A program made the translations under genes and the position numbers. 64,000 bases of DNA from Oculina patagonica (lineage: Eukaryota): assembly GCF_052425735.1 (NCBI RefSeq), contig NC_135761.1, positions 18,786,001 to 18,850,000 on the forward strand, written 5' to 3'. Below, in pieces: positions 15,781 to 27,832 of the stretch. Position 1 is the first letter of the stretch; every line of letters begins with the position of its first letter. The notes beneath the pieces were generated by a model. The model searched no databases and was not told the origin of the DNA. It was given only the letters and a program-made list of their open reading frames with translations.

Positions 15781-16206
15781 AGGGTTACCCTAGCGTTCCC
15801 ACATTTCTTCTTTTTTTTTATCGACGTGTTTACAAGGCGCTAGGGTTACTCTAGCAGCTAGGGTAACCCTAGGGATAACTCGCCTACCCGGGACAACTTT
15901 ATTTTGGCTCCAAAAATCTAAATATGTTTAAAAATACCGACAAAAACAGCGAATTGTGACCAAGAAACATCGTGTTCATTCACAATTTGTCGTATTTTTG
16001 CACTGGAACGGAATTATTTTCGAATAACAGTTTCTAACGACAAAATTTTACAAGGTTAACTGAAGCGAAACCGGTGAAAGTTGACCCGGGTAAGTAGGGT
16101 TACCCTACCTGCGAATTTTGCTTGTAAACCCGGGCTATCTTCTAACCCACTTGCTAGGGTAACCCTAGCACCTAGGGTTACCCAACCTGCTTGTAAACAG
16201 GCCCTA
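15781..16206. mobile_element. One-end-truncated PIF/Harbinger-like MITE with repeated palindrome tagggtaacccta
   Basis: Ends tgtaaacaggccct-aa; several agggttaccct / agggtaaccct units; absent from the paralogous site near 47100. Confidence 0.7.
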
Positions 16207-16749
16207 AATTCTCAGCATTCTGCCTCAGAGCTTGCCGGAGTAATGACGTTCCCTCGTGTTTTATAGAATTTCACACCGTTGACATAACTGTAGCTTAAGT
16301 TAAAATCTGTTTACGTGGCGGCCAGACGGTCTTCATGCAAATCAAAACTCTCAAAGCGGGGAGCGAAAAGAAAAGAAAATGTTTAAGCTATTTAATGTAT
16401 TTCTCATACGATGGTTATCTTCGCTGACTTTTCGCGAACGAAAAGCGCCGGTTACCTGTCCTCTCCAATAAGTAATATTGTTCCAAACCGTCGAGTGTTC
16501 CATTGTAAATATTTGGCAATTATATTTTTTTAAGTGAATTGTTTGATAGTGAATATTTGAGTTCCGGGTGATTGCGTTTGTTTGACAGGACTTTTATCGC
16601 AAATACACTGTGATTCATTATAATTAACACTTCGGGCTATAATCACTCGATATAATCAACACTCCCTGTTTCTGCCAAGGACGATTTACGAATCATCGTA
16701 GAGTTCGAGGTAAACCCAACCAGTCTAACATAGTAGAAGTATAACTTAG

Positions 16750-16790
16750 TTTTTTTTTTTTTTTTTTTTTGGGGGGGGGGGGGGGGGGGG
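16750..16790. repeat. Compound homopolymer T21-G20
   Basis: Directly visible; not expanded in the paralog near 47726. Confidence 0.9.
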
Positions 16791-17362
16791 ATAAGAAACG
16801 ATAGCCAGAGTGTATCATAATTAAATAATCACGATCTCACTATCTTGTCAAGCTTTATGACTAAACAAACGGAAAAATTACCATACACGCAGATGTTTGC
16901 GTGACACGCGTGACTCTCAGTCTCTCGCGCGCGTTCATTGAGGAATCGTGAGCGGTTCGACCTCAAGTTCAACACCAGAATGAACTGAGACCATTACTTG
17001 ACCTTTTCGTTTACCTCCGCTTATTGATGTGATGCCATCAAGAGCGATATAGTGTTTATGGGAATTAAAAGTCAGTAGTCTCCTTGGAATCAGAGATAGG
17101 AAATTTTCAAAGTATGTTTCTGTTACCAAGAGATATAGAAGGTATGTAAACTGAATTGGTTAGTGGGGGTGGGGGAAGGGAGTGGCTGAAAATGCGACTG
17201 CATGTTTCCCAACGTAAACACATCTAAACTCTTAAAATTATTCAGGAAATCTTATTTTTACGACTTTTTAAGTTCACAGACCGAATATTACAGATAAAAA
17301 GAAAGACAGTTGAAATCGGTCTTCCTTATTTCCCAGTATTCAATGTTTAAACTTTAAGCAAA

Positions 17363-17445
17363 TAGCCTGGGTGCCAGAGGTTTTTTTTTCTTTTTTGCAG
17401 GAAAGACACTATTTCGCCAAAAAAGTCCCTCTGGCACCTAGGATA
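17363..17445. mobile_element. 83-bp miniature TIR element, 8-9-bp TSD
   Basis: tagcctgggtgccagagg ... cctctggcacctaggata, flanked by ttaagcaaa on both sides (17354-17362, 17446-17454). Confidence 0.75.
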
Positions 17446-17504
17446 TTAAGCAAATTGAGCGAGGAAAAAATAATTTTCGTGATATGGTGTGGCGCGCATT
17501 TTAA

Positions 17505-17803
17505 AGAGACTGTGTCACGGATTTTAGGCATAAAAAAGAAGGTACGGATGGCAAAAATGAAGAAGATTGAAACGGATTGCGATATGGGTTTTTGAAATCT
17601 TGTTGGGCTGAACAGTTTTCAAAGTTAGTTTCGTTTGCATGTAAATTTAAATTATAACGCCTGGAGACACATTTGGTTGCAATAAAGCTATGGTTTTGTC
17701 ATTAAGATCCATAGAAGTAATTTCTTTGCAAAAATTAAGTTTTACAGCGAGTATTTGGCAAAGCTTAATAAAATAATCTTAACTCAGCCGTGACACAGTC
17801 CCT
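17505..17803. mobile_element. Kolobok-like non-autonomous DNA transposon, TTAA TSD
   Basis: TIR agagactgtgtcacgg / ccgtgacacagtccct; TTAA at 17501-17504 and 17804-17807; single TTAA empty site at 48387-48390. Confidence 0.85.
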
Positions 17804-18964
17804 TTAAGCATTTCTAAATTAAAATGAGTGTAGTTAATTCAAAGAGATGCCTGCTGCTCCGGTTTGGCAATTGAAGAAAAATTTGCCGTAAAATCCGCCT
17901 TATACTTGTGTTGTCTGTGTTGTTTTTAAACCATGAGAAAATCGTTCCATTTGAATGCTTTTGATTTAATTCCCTAAGATTAAATTTCGCGCAACAAACC
18001 TTAATGATACTACGTTTGTTTTTATTTTTTGTGCTCTCGAAAACGTATTGAGTTTGTTCCAATTATCTTTGGACAGATTAGGAAAGTTCGCATTTTGGTT
18101 GATTTTACAGTGATCGTTTGACTACCCGGCATCACTAGTGCTTTTAAGACTGACTTTAGGGCCAAGAAAAAATTGTAAACAATCCAGATGTCAGGAGGCA
18201 AAATCAGTCCTTCAAGAGAGAAATATTGGAAGCACCGCACCAGCAATCTCAGGGTAATTAAAGAAATAAAATGTTTAACAAAATTGGAAAAGAAATTTAC
18301 AACCGATGGGAAATTGAAAAAGTACAGTTGGCCGGGTGTTTACAGATATGTGTGTTCAAGAAAATTATGAGTGGGTCAAAATCAAAATTTTTATTTTGTC
18401 GTCCAAAAGAAGGCAAAACCAAAAATCCAAAAAAAAAACAAGTGACTACAGAGTAAAGCTGAGGGCCGCTTTTTGTTACACGGGGTAAGCTTGAGCTCGG
18501 ATGTTTCTGAGGTATCTGAGGCATCGCTTTGTCCTCGTAGTTCTGCATGATTTGTGGAATCTTGTATCTTCGCTATTTTTTACCTTATTTCTTCTTTTAG
18601 CTTTTTTTATTTAGTTATACTTTGTGGCTTTAATTTTAGCCATGTAGGCTTTCCTTTGGCTCCTTTGAGCCTTGACGCGTGAATTTCCCAAAATTTCTAA
18701 CTGTTGCACGTAATTTTCGAAGTCTCCTGTGACACTGTGGAAATCACTTGAGGTTTCAATGTGCCTTTACAAATCTTGTAACTTTCGATTTTTATTTATA
18801 ATTTTCGCAAGCCAGTAACAAAATTTGGTATATTTAGGAATTTTCGTAGCTGCGTTTAATCTTGGAGATATATGTCACAAAGAGAGTTTGGCAACTAAAA
18901 AGCATTAAACAAACAAACAAACAAACAAAACAAATTTCCATTACCTTTGTCAATCTCCCTGTCT

Positions 18965-18970
18965 TTTATT
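18965..18970 (-). promoter_or_regulatory. Polyadenylation signal AATAAA of B1 (same position in all six copies: 7178, 27693, 37246, 49851, 58787)
   Basis: Plus-strand tttatt within a conserved tcttcctgcttttatt-like context, about 130-140 nt downstream of each ancestral stop codon. Confidence 0.75.
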
Positions 18971-19101
18971 TCAAACAACAAACGAGAAATAATTACAAAG
19001 CGAACCCAGTAATCACACGAACCCTCGTTACATTACAATTAAGCAACTTTTCAGAGTCCCATTATAAGCGTTTATGCAGGAATAGATGTTTTGTCTCGGA
19101 T

Positions 19102-20434
19102 CTAAGCCTGAGGTTTAGGAACTTCTTCAACATAGATCCGGGACACTGAGTTCCATCCTGTGTTGCCGTTAGCGTTTCCGTATCCAGGACAATTACCGAT
19201 CCAGAATCCCACGCGCACCTTGCCTTTGTGGATGTTGTTACAGTGCCCCTCAATATGGCGGACACGTTGGAGATCTTTATGACCACGTCCTTTCCACATG
19301 TACACAATACCGTCAATTGGCAGGGGAGCTGCACATTCAGCACCATTGAAAGTGAAATACCAGCGTTTGCAGCAAGTGTCACAGTTGTAGATTCTCAGGG
19401 CGCCAGTATAGTAAACATGGAGAGCTGTTTCAGAAAAGTTCTTATTGAACACACAGTCCTGCAAACAAGTAATGATACTATGAAGGAAAATTAATAAATA
19501 AATCAAAATAAAGTTCATTTTCAGCCTTTATATGTAAACTTCCTTGCGTTAGTTATATAGCACAGTCAAACACATTTTTTGATAAACTTATGACCCTTAC
19601 AAAATTACCTTGATCAGACCGTTGTCTTTGCCGTCGTCTTTTTTCCACACACACTCTTTCCAGTTCTTATAAGACATTGCACCAGGAGTCCCAGGGTTCC
19701 CACTCGTTCCACTCTCTCCGCGCTGTCCCTTTTGACCGGGAGGACCCTGGACTCCAGGTTCTCCTTTTGCGCCATCCTTTCCATTGATACCAGGAGTTCC
19801 TTTGGATCCTGGAGGACCCTGGGGTCCAGACTTCCCTGGGCTACCCTGGTCACCTTTGGCTCCTTCACGGCCATCACGGCCATCACGGCCTGGTACCCCA
19901 GGAGACCCAGGCTTGCCGTGCAAACCAGGGACACCACCATAACAGAAAGGAGGAGGCTGCTGGATTGGAATAGATGTTTTGTAGATGAGTCGGTTAAAGG
20001 CTACTTTGGCTGAAATTAATGTCAAAGCAAACATTTTTTTGCGGTCTTATGTGTTGACTGGCGGCAATAAAATTTGATAACAATGATACAATTGTCAGCC
20101 TAATAGCATTGTTAGTTTGTTTAAAAGATGAGCCGAATTGATCATCAGAGAAGTTCTTCAATCTTTTCGCGCCAAACTGTTGATACGTCATAGCAGTGTA
20201 TGATATTTAATGTCGCATCTGATTTCGCCCATAGTTAAATCAATATTTGGAGAGAAATGTCGTTTCGCAATTTCCAGCAATAAACATTGACTCATAACGC
20301 ATGAATAAGAGGTAACTTACCATTTTGTAGGATGGTTGATTGGCTTTATTTGCTGTGGCGCAGTAAACCAACAATGACATCGCAAACAGAGACAACAAGG
20401 AGATCACAGAGACTTTATGCGAAATGAGGGTCAT
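19102..20434 (-). CDS. Cthrc1: Cthrc1-like secreted short-chain collagen, copy B1, intact, about 273 aa. Exons 20434-20321, 19959-19609, 19458-19102
   Basis: Signal peptide [28 protein letters not shown]; 29 uninterrupted Gly-X-Y triplets; NWKEC; C-terminal domain [14 protein letters not shown]...[12 protein letters not shown]. Introns are GT-AG phase 0; exon lengths 114/351/357 nt are all multiples of 3. The exon 2 acceptor is NAGNAG (alternative start 19956). Confidence 0.93.
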
Positions 20435-21133
20435 TTCTTTTTCACGATCTGCGGCAGAAAAAAATTGGAGAGACGATATTACTAAAATGTCGCAATTTTT
20501 CGACATAACGATTTCATGGAGTAAGTCCATAATGCCAATTTGGCCTATAAAAGCATTTGAATTCCCTTTTGATTAAATTAAATGTTCATATGTAAGATTG
20601 CGATATCGATTACACTTTTTCAATCAGACACTTTCAAACAAAGACGACTTTTGAAATCTCTCGCGGAAAGCTGAATTTTAAACTTAGCCGATAAAAAATG
20701 AGAATATACTAAAGTATATCAATTCAAACTTCTTTCTAGCAGGGCCATGTTTTTCAGTCCTTGCACCTTTGATATGAACTAATATTGGGTACAAATTTAT
20801 TTTTTTCAAAGAACGAGCGATTTCTGAAATTTTGGGCAGATCTTCCTTCTCGTAGAAGAACCCACTGTTATTCATTATTGAAAAAAATAAATATAACTGT
20901 TCAAAACTATAGGGATTTTTTGACCGTCTTATGATTTCTGCTTCAATCTGGAATGATATCGATCTTATGTTTCTAGGTAGTAACAGTTTTGCTTTACAAT
21001 ATATACTTAGGAATTTCAGATTTTTTTGGCTAGCTAAACAGGCGTCTGAATTCAATTTTTCCACTGGTAATAGCTGATATCGTGAAAACCGTTTAGCAAG
21101 TACGAGCAAGAAATACAGAGAAAATGGTCATAC

Positions 21134-21170
21134 CTCAAAGCTCGAAGGGTCGCTTTTCTGTTCCAAGTAC
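21134..21170 (-). other. Candidate 37-nt 5' leader micro-exon of B1 (paralog 52318-52354)
   Basis: gttgttcaacag|GTACTTGG...CTTTGAG|gtatga, inside a block of about 200 bp that is nearly identical between B1 and B2. Confidence 0.5.
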
Positions 21171-23244
21171 CTGTTGAACAACTCACTGTAAAGGAATGAT
21201 AAGTAAGCTACGTGTACAACTGAGTTTTCAGCCTTTGTGTTGACTTTGGTTCGTGTTCGGACCAGTTTGTTTTTGACCATGAGTCAAGCTGTTTCAATAG
21301 AACATTACATCACTGATAATGTTAACTTGCTTTGTCTTTACACAATAAATTAAAAATAAAAGTATTGAGTTCATGTTACCTTGTACTGAACAAATAAAAA
21401 GTTATTTTCAGAACTAAAATTACGAGTTGTTTTACACACAAGAACGCGAAGAGTTTTTTTTTAAAAAAGGATGATAACTTTTCACCCTCAATTCCTCGAT
21501 TGAATTTAAAAGAGCAGTTATAATTGTGCACATCTGAGGGATCCGGAAAGAAAACTCTTGGTTTGCAGTGACTTGTTTGTCGAAGAGAAAATAAAGGAAA
21601 AATAAATCACATTCAGCTCGCCCCTTAGTTTGGTGAATTGTCACAGTTTAAGGCAACCGCCATTGGATTGAGAAAATATTTTCATAAAGAGTTGAAATTA
21701 TTTGGAAGCCATCAGATTAAAAGTATATTTCCTTTTACTAACATCAAATCTTTTTTCATTAAAAGGTTGATCGGTGGAAATGTTTATTTTACTTCCATTT
21801 TTTAATTACAATTTAATGCCCAATGTGAAATACAGAAACTAAATAAAATACAAATTAATATACCAATTGTGCCCAAAGGATACTCAGCAAGAGACTAACC
21901 CCATACAAGGCAGACCACCTTCAAAGAAAGAGAAAAAAAAGTATCAAAAAAATATTTTCTCATTTCTCGAAGATATGTAGTGTCTTTTAAAACAGGAAAT
22001 ACTTAAGGCTTGACGAACTAACTGGGTGGTGTGGTAACATGTTACACTGATTTCAACAATCATATTAAAAAAAGCTAAACCTAACAGTAAAGGTACGCTA
22101 TTCTCTTATTTTCCTGTTTAAATTTCTTTTTCATATGATCCGCTGTAGCTCAGTGTTTTATTATCAGTCCTTTAATATGCTGTACGTAACAATTTTCTCT
22201 CAGATTTTTTCCCCATGCCAATATATAAAAGCTAATATTTAGCACCGACAAAAATATGTAAGTGTTTCGATTCGTTTCATAATGTATCGATCGATTGCAA
22301 TTGTATCTTTTAATTTTATCTTTCCATCTTAATTGTGTCCGCGGTTTATTTCCACAGTCAAGTACTTCACTGAATAGATTCATTTAGGTTTTCTTCTTAA
22401 CTCGACTTTTTGTAGTTTGTTTCAGTGTACCTTTCCTCTGGATTACACCCATATTCGCAATAAAATCCACTGGAAATCGGTGTTAAGGCGAAACAACATT
22501 TCTAGCCGATATTTTAAGAAATATACGACTCTAGTGATGTGGTGGTTTTTATTATCACAAATAACATTTGCATTTACCTCGACGTTTTTAAAATCTGCAG
22601 AAAATTCTAAGAAAAGGCAGTGCCGGCTGGTAGCTAGGAGTTGGCTTTAGAACAACATACACCACAATTTTATTCATTTGAGTCGAACATCGATAACCTA
22701 CGTTCTCTTTTTCAAGTTTTAATGCCTGGTTTTCACATAATCGCTGAAATGTTTAATCCCCACACGCGCACCAAATCCCTCTAAGTGGGTGTTCATTCTC
22801 TTGAAATTCTCTGGATGCGGAGTCGACTGAGCTAGCGAGAAAATGTTGTCCTGGAGTCGGTTTCAGAAGAACGCGGCAATGAAATTGCATCTTGGTTGGT
22901 GCAAAAATATTCATTTCAACCGAACATCGTTAAAGTCTACTCTCACTTTTATTTCCAGTTTTAACGTCTTGTCAGTTTTATATGATCGCTGTAGCTGCTT
23001 TATCACCGGTCCTTTAACTTGTCTTGCTCGCACCAAAATATATAAAGTCTTTCCTCATTTTCGTGAAATCGAATATGCACCGACCACAATATTCACTCTT
23101 GGACCAGTTTTCGCTTCTCAGTAACAGTATCTTATGTTTCATTTTCAGTTGGTGTTCCTCTCCATCTAATGAACGCCAAGATACAGTAGTTTACTTAACA
23201 GATTCATTTAGTTTTTCTCTTCCAGTGTTTTCGCTGTGGTATTC

Positions 23245-23530
23245 TTCTTTCTGGAACGTGCTTACAAAACTGGTCTCACTCATGCATATCTGCATTGAAA
23301 GCTACAACAGGCGCAATGAAAACTCTCATACCTGCTACTTAAGAAATAGAAGACGTTTTTGCGCAAAATTCTCAACAGTTTATATTTATTTTCTTTCTGG
23401 AACGTGCTTACAAAACTGGTCTCTCTCATGCATATCTGCATTGAAAGCTACAACAGGCGCAATGAAAACTCTCATGTCTGCTACTTAAGAAATAGAAGAC
23501 GTTTTTGCGCAAAATTCTCAACAGTTTATT
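23245..23530. repeat. Tandem duplication, 2 x 146 bp
   Basis: ttctttctggaacgtgcttacaaaactgg...ctcaacagtttat at 23245 and 23391, nearly identical. Confidence 0.9.
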
Positions 23531-26500
23531 TTGACCTATTTTCGAAGACGCTTATAGGCGTTCTTTTTTCATTTTTATTTCTAACTCGAAAATGTGAGAC
23601 AGCAACGAAAATAATTGGTTCTGCGAAGTGTGCGTTGTTATCTTTATTTTCACGTCTTTAGTTGGTTTAAGAGATATTCTTCATTGTAGAGGCCATTCTT
23701 GTAGCGAAAGCGAAAGTTGTAATGCCTGTCTCGCAGAAATAGGTCGTCAATTCTTGGCCATTCTAAAAGCGAATGACAGCTTCAAATCTGACAAATGGTG
23801 CAGTCACAATTCGGCTAACTAAAATCACTGAGAACTGAATATCTATTCCATTTTTGTAGTGTAGCTCACTTTCGTAATATTAACGAATTGCAGTATTTTC
23901 ATTTTTTTATAGCCCGATCCTAACATTCTTGGGTTTTCACAGGAGAGAATCAATTTTCGTTCGTTTCTAAAAGTTAGGGAGTGAAAACTTCTGAGAATTG
24001 CTGCAGTGCAGTTACGATCGGCTAATTAAAATTACTGAGAACCGAGTATCTATATCTTGTAGTAATGCAACTCTCGTTCGCTGTATTAAATAATTTTAGT
24101 ATTTCCTTTTTCTGATAGCCCGATACTGATATCACTGAAAATAGAATTTCCTTAAATTTGCATAAATATAATATGAGTGGAATTCCACACCACTGATGAT
24201 AAGTCGCATCAGTATATTTCATAAAATATGCAAAATAAGATCCTTGGTAACTGCATGTACAGTCATTTATTAGAGTGAAAATATTAACCTACGCCAATTT
24301 TTTACGAGCTGCTGAACTAGTTTTGATCATAAGAAAAAGGACGAGCAAAAAACTTGAAACTAAATGAAAAGATGGCTGTAGCAAAGTCGAACGATTCACT
24401 ATTTAGCAGAAAAATAAATTATCGTAATATTGGACAAATTGATTTAAAAATAACATAATTAAATCCCTTTTAGCTCCTTCTCTCTATCGCCCAAATCCGA
24501 AATCACACTGATTTTTTTAATTCTTTTAATAAAACAAAGTGAAGTTGCATTTGTGTACTTCAAAGTAACTACAATGTTCTTAAACTTTTCGGAGGATTTG
24601 GGTTAAAAGCTCTTGTTGTTTTGCCATGCTTGTCAACACAGACGAAATTGACCTGCTTGTCAAAAAGGAAAATACAATTCGTGTTCAGCTCATTCTTTAC
24701 TTTGCTTAATTTCATAATGGTATACCTGTGCCTTAAAAAAGGGTTCGTCATGAAGTATCCAAAACGTTTGTATATATGATTACATTTCATCATAGAAAAA
24801 ATTGACGTAAATATCCTCCTTCCTCTATCAGCATAATCCGAGATCACGCTTTAGGACTTTCTTTAATCTTTTGTTTTAACCAACCTAATAGTTGTGCACT
24901 TCAAAGTATAACTACGGTTTTCTTTTTCCGTGGATTTGAGTAAGAGCTAGCGCTCTTGTTTTGGCATGCATGCTTGTCAACACAGACGATTTTGACTTGT
25001 TTGTCAAAAGCGAAATATAAATCGTACTTGGCGCATTCTTAACTTTGTTTAATTGTCGTAAGAGTATCTTTGCATGAAAAAAGGGTTCGTCCTAAAGTGC
25101 CATAAAGTTTATAGATATGATTACACTTCATCAAAGAATTGACGTTTCAAGATAGTCGAATCTTCGGCTTTAATTGCTGATGATTGTTCCGTCCCACAGG
25201 TTTGTTTGGTTTCCAAAGATTTTTCTATATTTGCATTTATAAACATGTCAGTCAGACACAATTGTACGTGTTTTTTTCGATAATTGCATCGTTTCAACGC
25301 CGTGTGCTTTTACAATGTTTACTATTTTTTCTTATCTATATATGTTGTTAAAACGTTTTATTTTCCCGAAACAAATGATTTTCAGGACTCTGGCAAATCG
25401 ATCGCTCCAGGCTTGGTATTGTCGGGACTTATGTACCCCGATTAATTGGAAATTTCTTCTTCTGCAATCCTGTGCCATTAAAATACCTAATTAATCGAGA
25501 TACGACCAAGTTATGCAAATATCCAGTTTCAAAAAAGCATCGAAGAACAACTCTTCCGTTCCCGTCAGCTTTTATCGCCTAGTTTCCTTACAATCACTGG
25601 AGGCCGGCGCTAAAATTCGGTTGACCTCGCGATTTAAAATTTTCTAATGCGTAATGATTCTCATACGGGTTCCATTATCGGATTTATTGGCGATGTCCGA
25701 GCGACGCGTGTTTGCCATTTGTATACTGGCTTATCGATCACACTCGTGGCGAAAATTTTTCGGCCAATATCTAAACAAATATCAGTCTGCAGGATTTACT
25801 TTCTCAAAGTTCATTTTATGTTAATTGAAATGAACATTTCTAAAGAAAATCACAATGACTCCTTTTCACATTTGTAGTTCTTAACAAAACCTACACATGT
25901 ACGACGAGGTCGTTTTGGATCTCTTGTATCTCTCTCAAGTTTAACTCGGCTGTCGAGGTAAAGGATCGAATTATGATGAAAAATTCACCGTAGCTTAGTT
26001 TATACGTGGTTTACCTTTCATTATGAAAATCGGCATTCATTGACTGCGTCTGACTCTGATCGGTTGTTTAGACGGGGTAGATACAGTCATTTGATTAGAG
26101 ACGGTACTTTTATAGATTGCGCTTAGAGAAAAAAATAATTTAGTCACAACGTTTAAATTTTCAAATGCCTTCATGATAAACACCTTCAAATTGTACAATA
26201 TTTTTTCCACTGCAAACATATGCATCTTGATGCTCTTCTTGTTGGTAATCACAAATATGTTACTTTAGCTGAGCTAATTTTTTGGTTCTAGTTGTGCTAG
26301 TGTGTGAAGCCTGTGAAGGGTTACTGAAGACTAGCCCATGAAGAAAGCCAACGATCACTAGATTATAAATGATATTACTCTTAAAAGATTTTCGCAGTTT
26401 TCTCAGTTTACGATGTAGCTCGTATCGTCAGTGTATTATTTGGCCCTTTTCTCTACCCTTAAATATCTCGATTGCTTAACTGAACACGAAATCATTCAAC

Positions 26501-26796
26501 ACAAAATGATACTCATCAGTGTACACGTTGCAAACCTGACTTCAGTTCTTGGGAATCATTGTCGTTTTATAAAATTAAATTTTCAACTTACCTTCGCATC
26601 ATCGGCCTCCTTTTCCCCCGCATCGATCGTATTGTACGTTGACGAAGCAGTTTTGTAAAATGCTCGAACTGTTTTCATACTTCTCAGTAAAAACCACACC
26701 TTTTGGTCAATTTAGCACTGTTTATCAACAATGAAACGCAATCTAATGAGGCCATTACTTTGCCTAGCACCCAGACCTTATCTTCCCGCTAACGCT

Positions 26797-26826
26797 TGAC
26801 GTCACGATTACCTACACACGACGTCA
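26797..26826. promoter_or_regulatory. Paired CRE/ATF-like motifs, candidate distal promoter of B1
   Basis: TGACGTCA at 26797-26804 plus cgacgtca at 26819-26826; equivalent pairs at 5065-5094 and 57870-57899; about 200 bp upstream (minus sense) of a conserved AAG|gtaag donor. Confidence 0.4.
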
Positions 26827-27832
26827 CAAGTTCCCAGCACCATGCTCGCGCTATGTGCTCGGTCTACAACGAACGCCTAAAGGACTAGGTCGAGTCGAGA
26901 TTTATTAACAGAAAAAATGATGTTTGTAGTCGGGTGAACTGTAAAATCAAACTGTATTACTGTAGCTTTGTATCCAAAGGGACGAATGGCACATTTGGAT
27001 TTCGCCCAATCAAATGAATGACATAACATCCGGAAAATTAACCGCTTTTTAGCACAGCTCTGAACCCGCAGGTTCCAAGTTATCTGGAACTTTAATTAAT
27101 GAGTAGTCCTTTCTCTCCATCACTATAACGCTTTATCTATTGCAATGTTTCACGAATTAACTGTCTTTTCCCGACCTCGGTTGTGTTTTACAGGCAATAA
27201 TAGTAAATGTTACGGAAACAAATAATTCCGCAGAAAATCCTGTGATTTTTTTAAAGGAGAAGTTCATTTCAAAATGGCCCTTTTTTCTCTTCACGCCAAC
27301 GAAAAGGTAATACAAATATATATTACTCGCCAAAATTTCAGGTTCCAAAGATAAATTGGTTTATATGCGTGGGTTTGGAATGAAGCTGAGTGTTTGTTGG
27401 CTTGGTGGTAAATTTTAATATAAAATCATCCTATTTTTGCACTTCCTTTATCGCCAGCGAGCCAACTTGATTTCAAGTATTCAATTGAGCATTTTGTTTG
27501 TGTTCCATTATTTCTTGGCTAGTTAACTATTTCTTTTATTTTCTGGATGTTCTTTGCGTTATAATGTAAACAAAACATTACATCGTTTTCTGGTGCCAGT
27601 TGTACGAGAAAAATAAAGAACTAAAAGAAAAGAAGCAAACAAACAAAAACAAAGAAAAGCAACCATATTTCAAGTTGCCACTCTTCCTGTCTTTTATTTA
27701 ACAACAGCTGCAAATGTGAAACAATTACAAAGCACACCTAGTAATTAGACGAACCACTCGTTATATAATTAAGCAACTAATCATTGTCCCATTATAAGCG
27801 TTTATGCAGGAATTGACGTTTCCTCTCGGCAT

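Larger units (their letters stand above)
13170..18960. repeat. Segmental duplication: spacer between A 5' end and B 3' end, copy 1
   Basis: Colinear with 39225-39525 plus 44950-49850, e.g. gcgtgacacgcgtgactctcagtctctcgcgcgcgttcattga is identical at about 16899 and 47860. Confidence 0.9.
21292..27150. repeat. Segmental duplication: B-upstream spacer, copy 1
   Basis: Colinear with 1-5590 (closer match) and 52476-58120 (more diverged). Confidence 0.9.

Noticed and set aside
18271-18456. Small ORF with paralog at 49178-49360 (VQLAGCLQICVFKKIMS)
   Set aside because: Similarity is explained by the segmental duplication; no recognisable domain or splice context.
20545-20551. TATAAAA upstream of B1 (also near 51711 and 29930)
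   Set aside because: It is on the strand opposite to the genes and, for B, lies in what appears to be an intron upstream of a splice acceptor.
20684-21109. 141-aa minus ORF upstream of B1
   Set aside because: Non-ATG start, low-complexity composition, and frame not preserved in the paralog upstream of B2.
23024-23661. 154-aa and 100-aa ORFs with repeated peptide
   Set aside because: Produced by the 146-bp tandem duplication; not conserved in the paralogous spacers.
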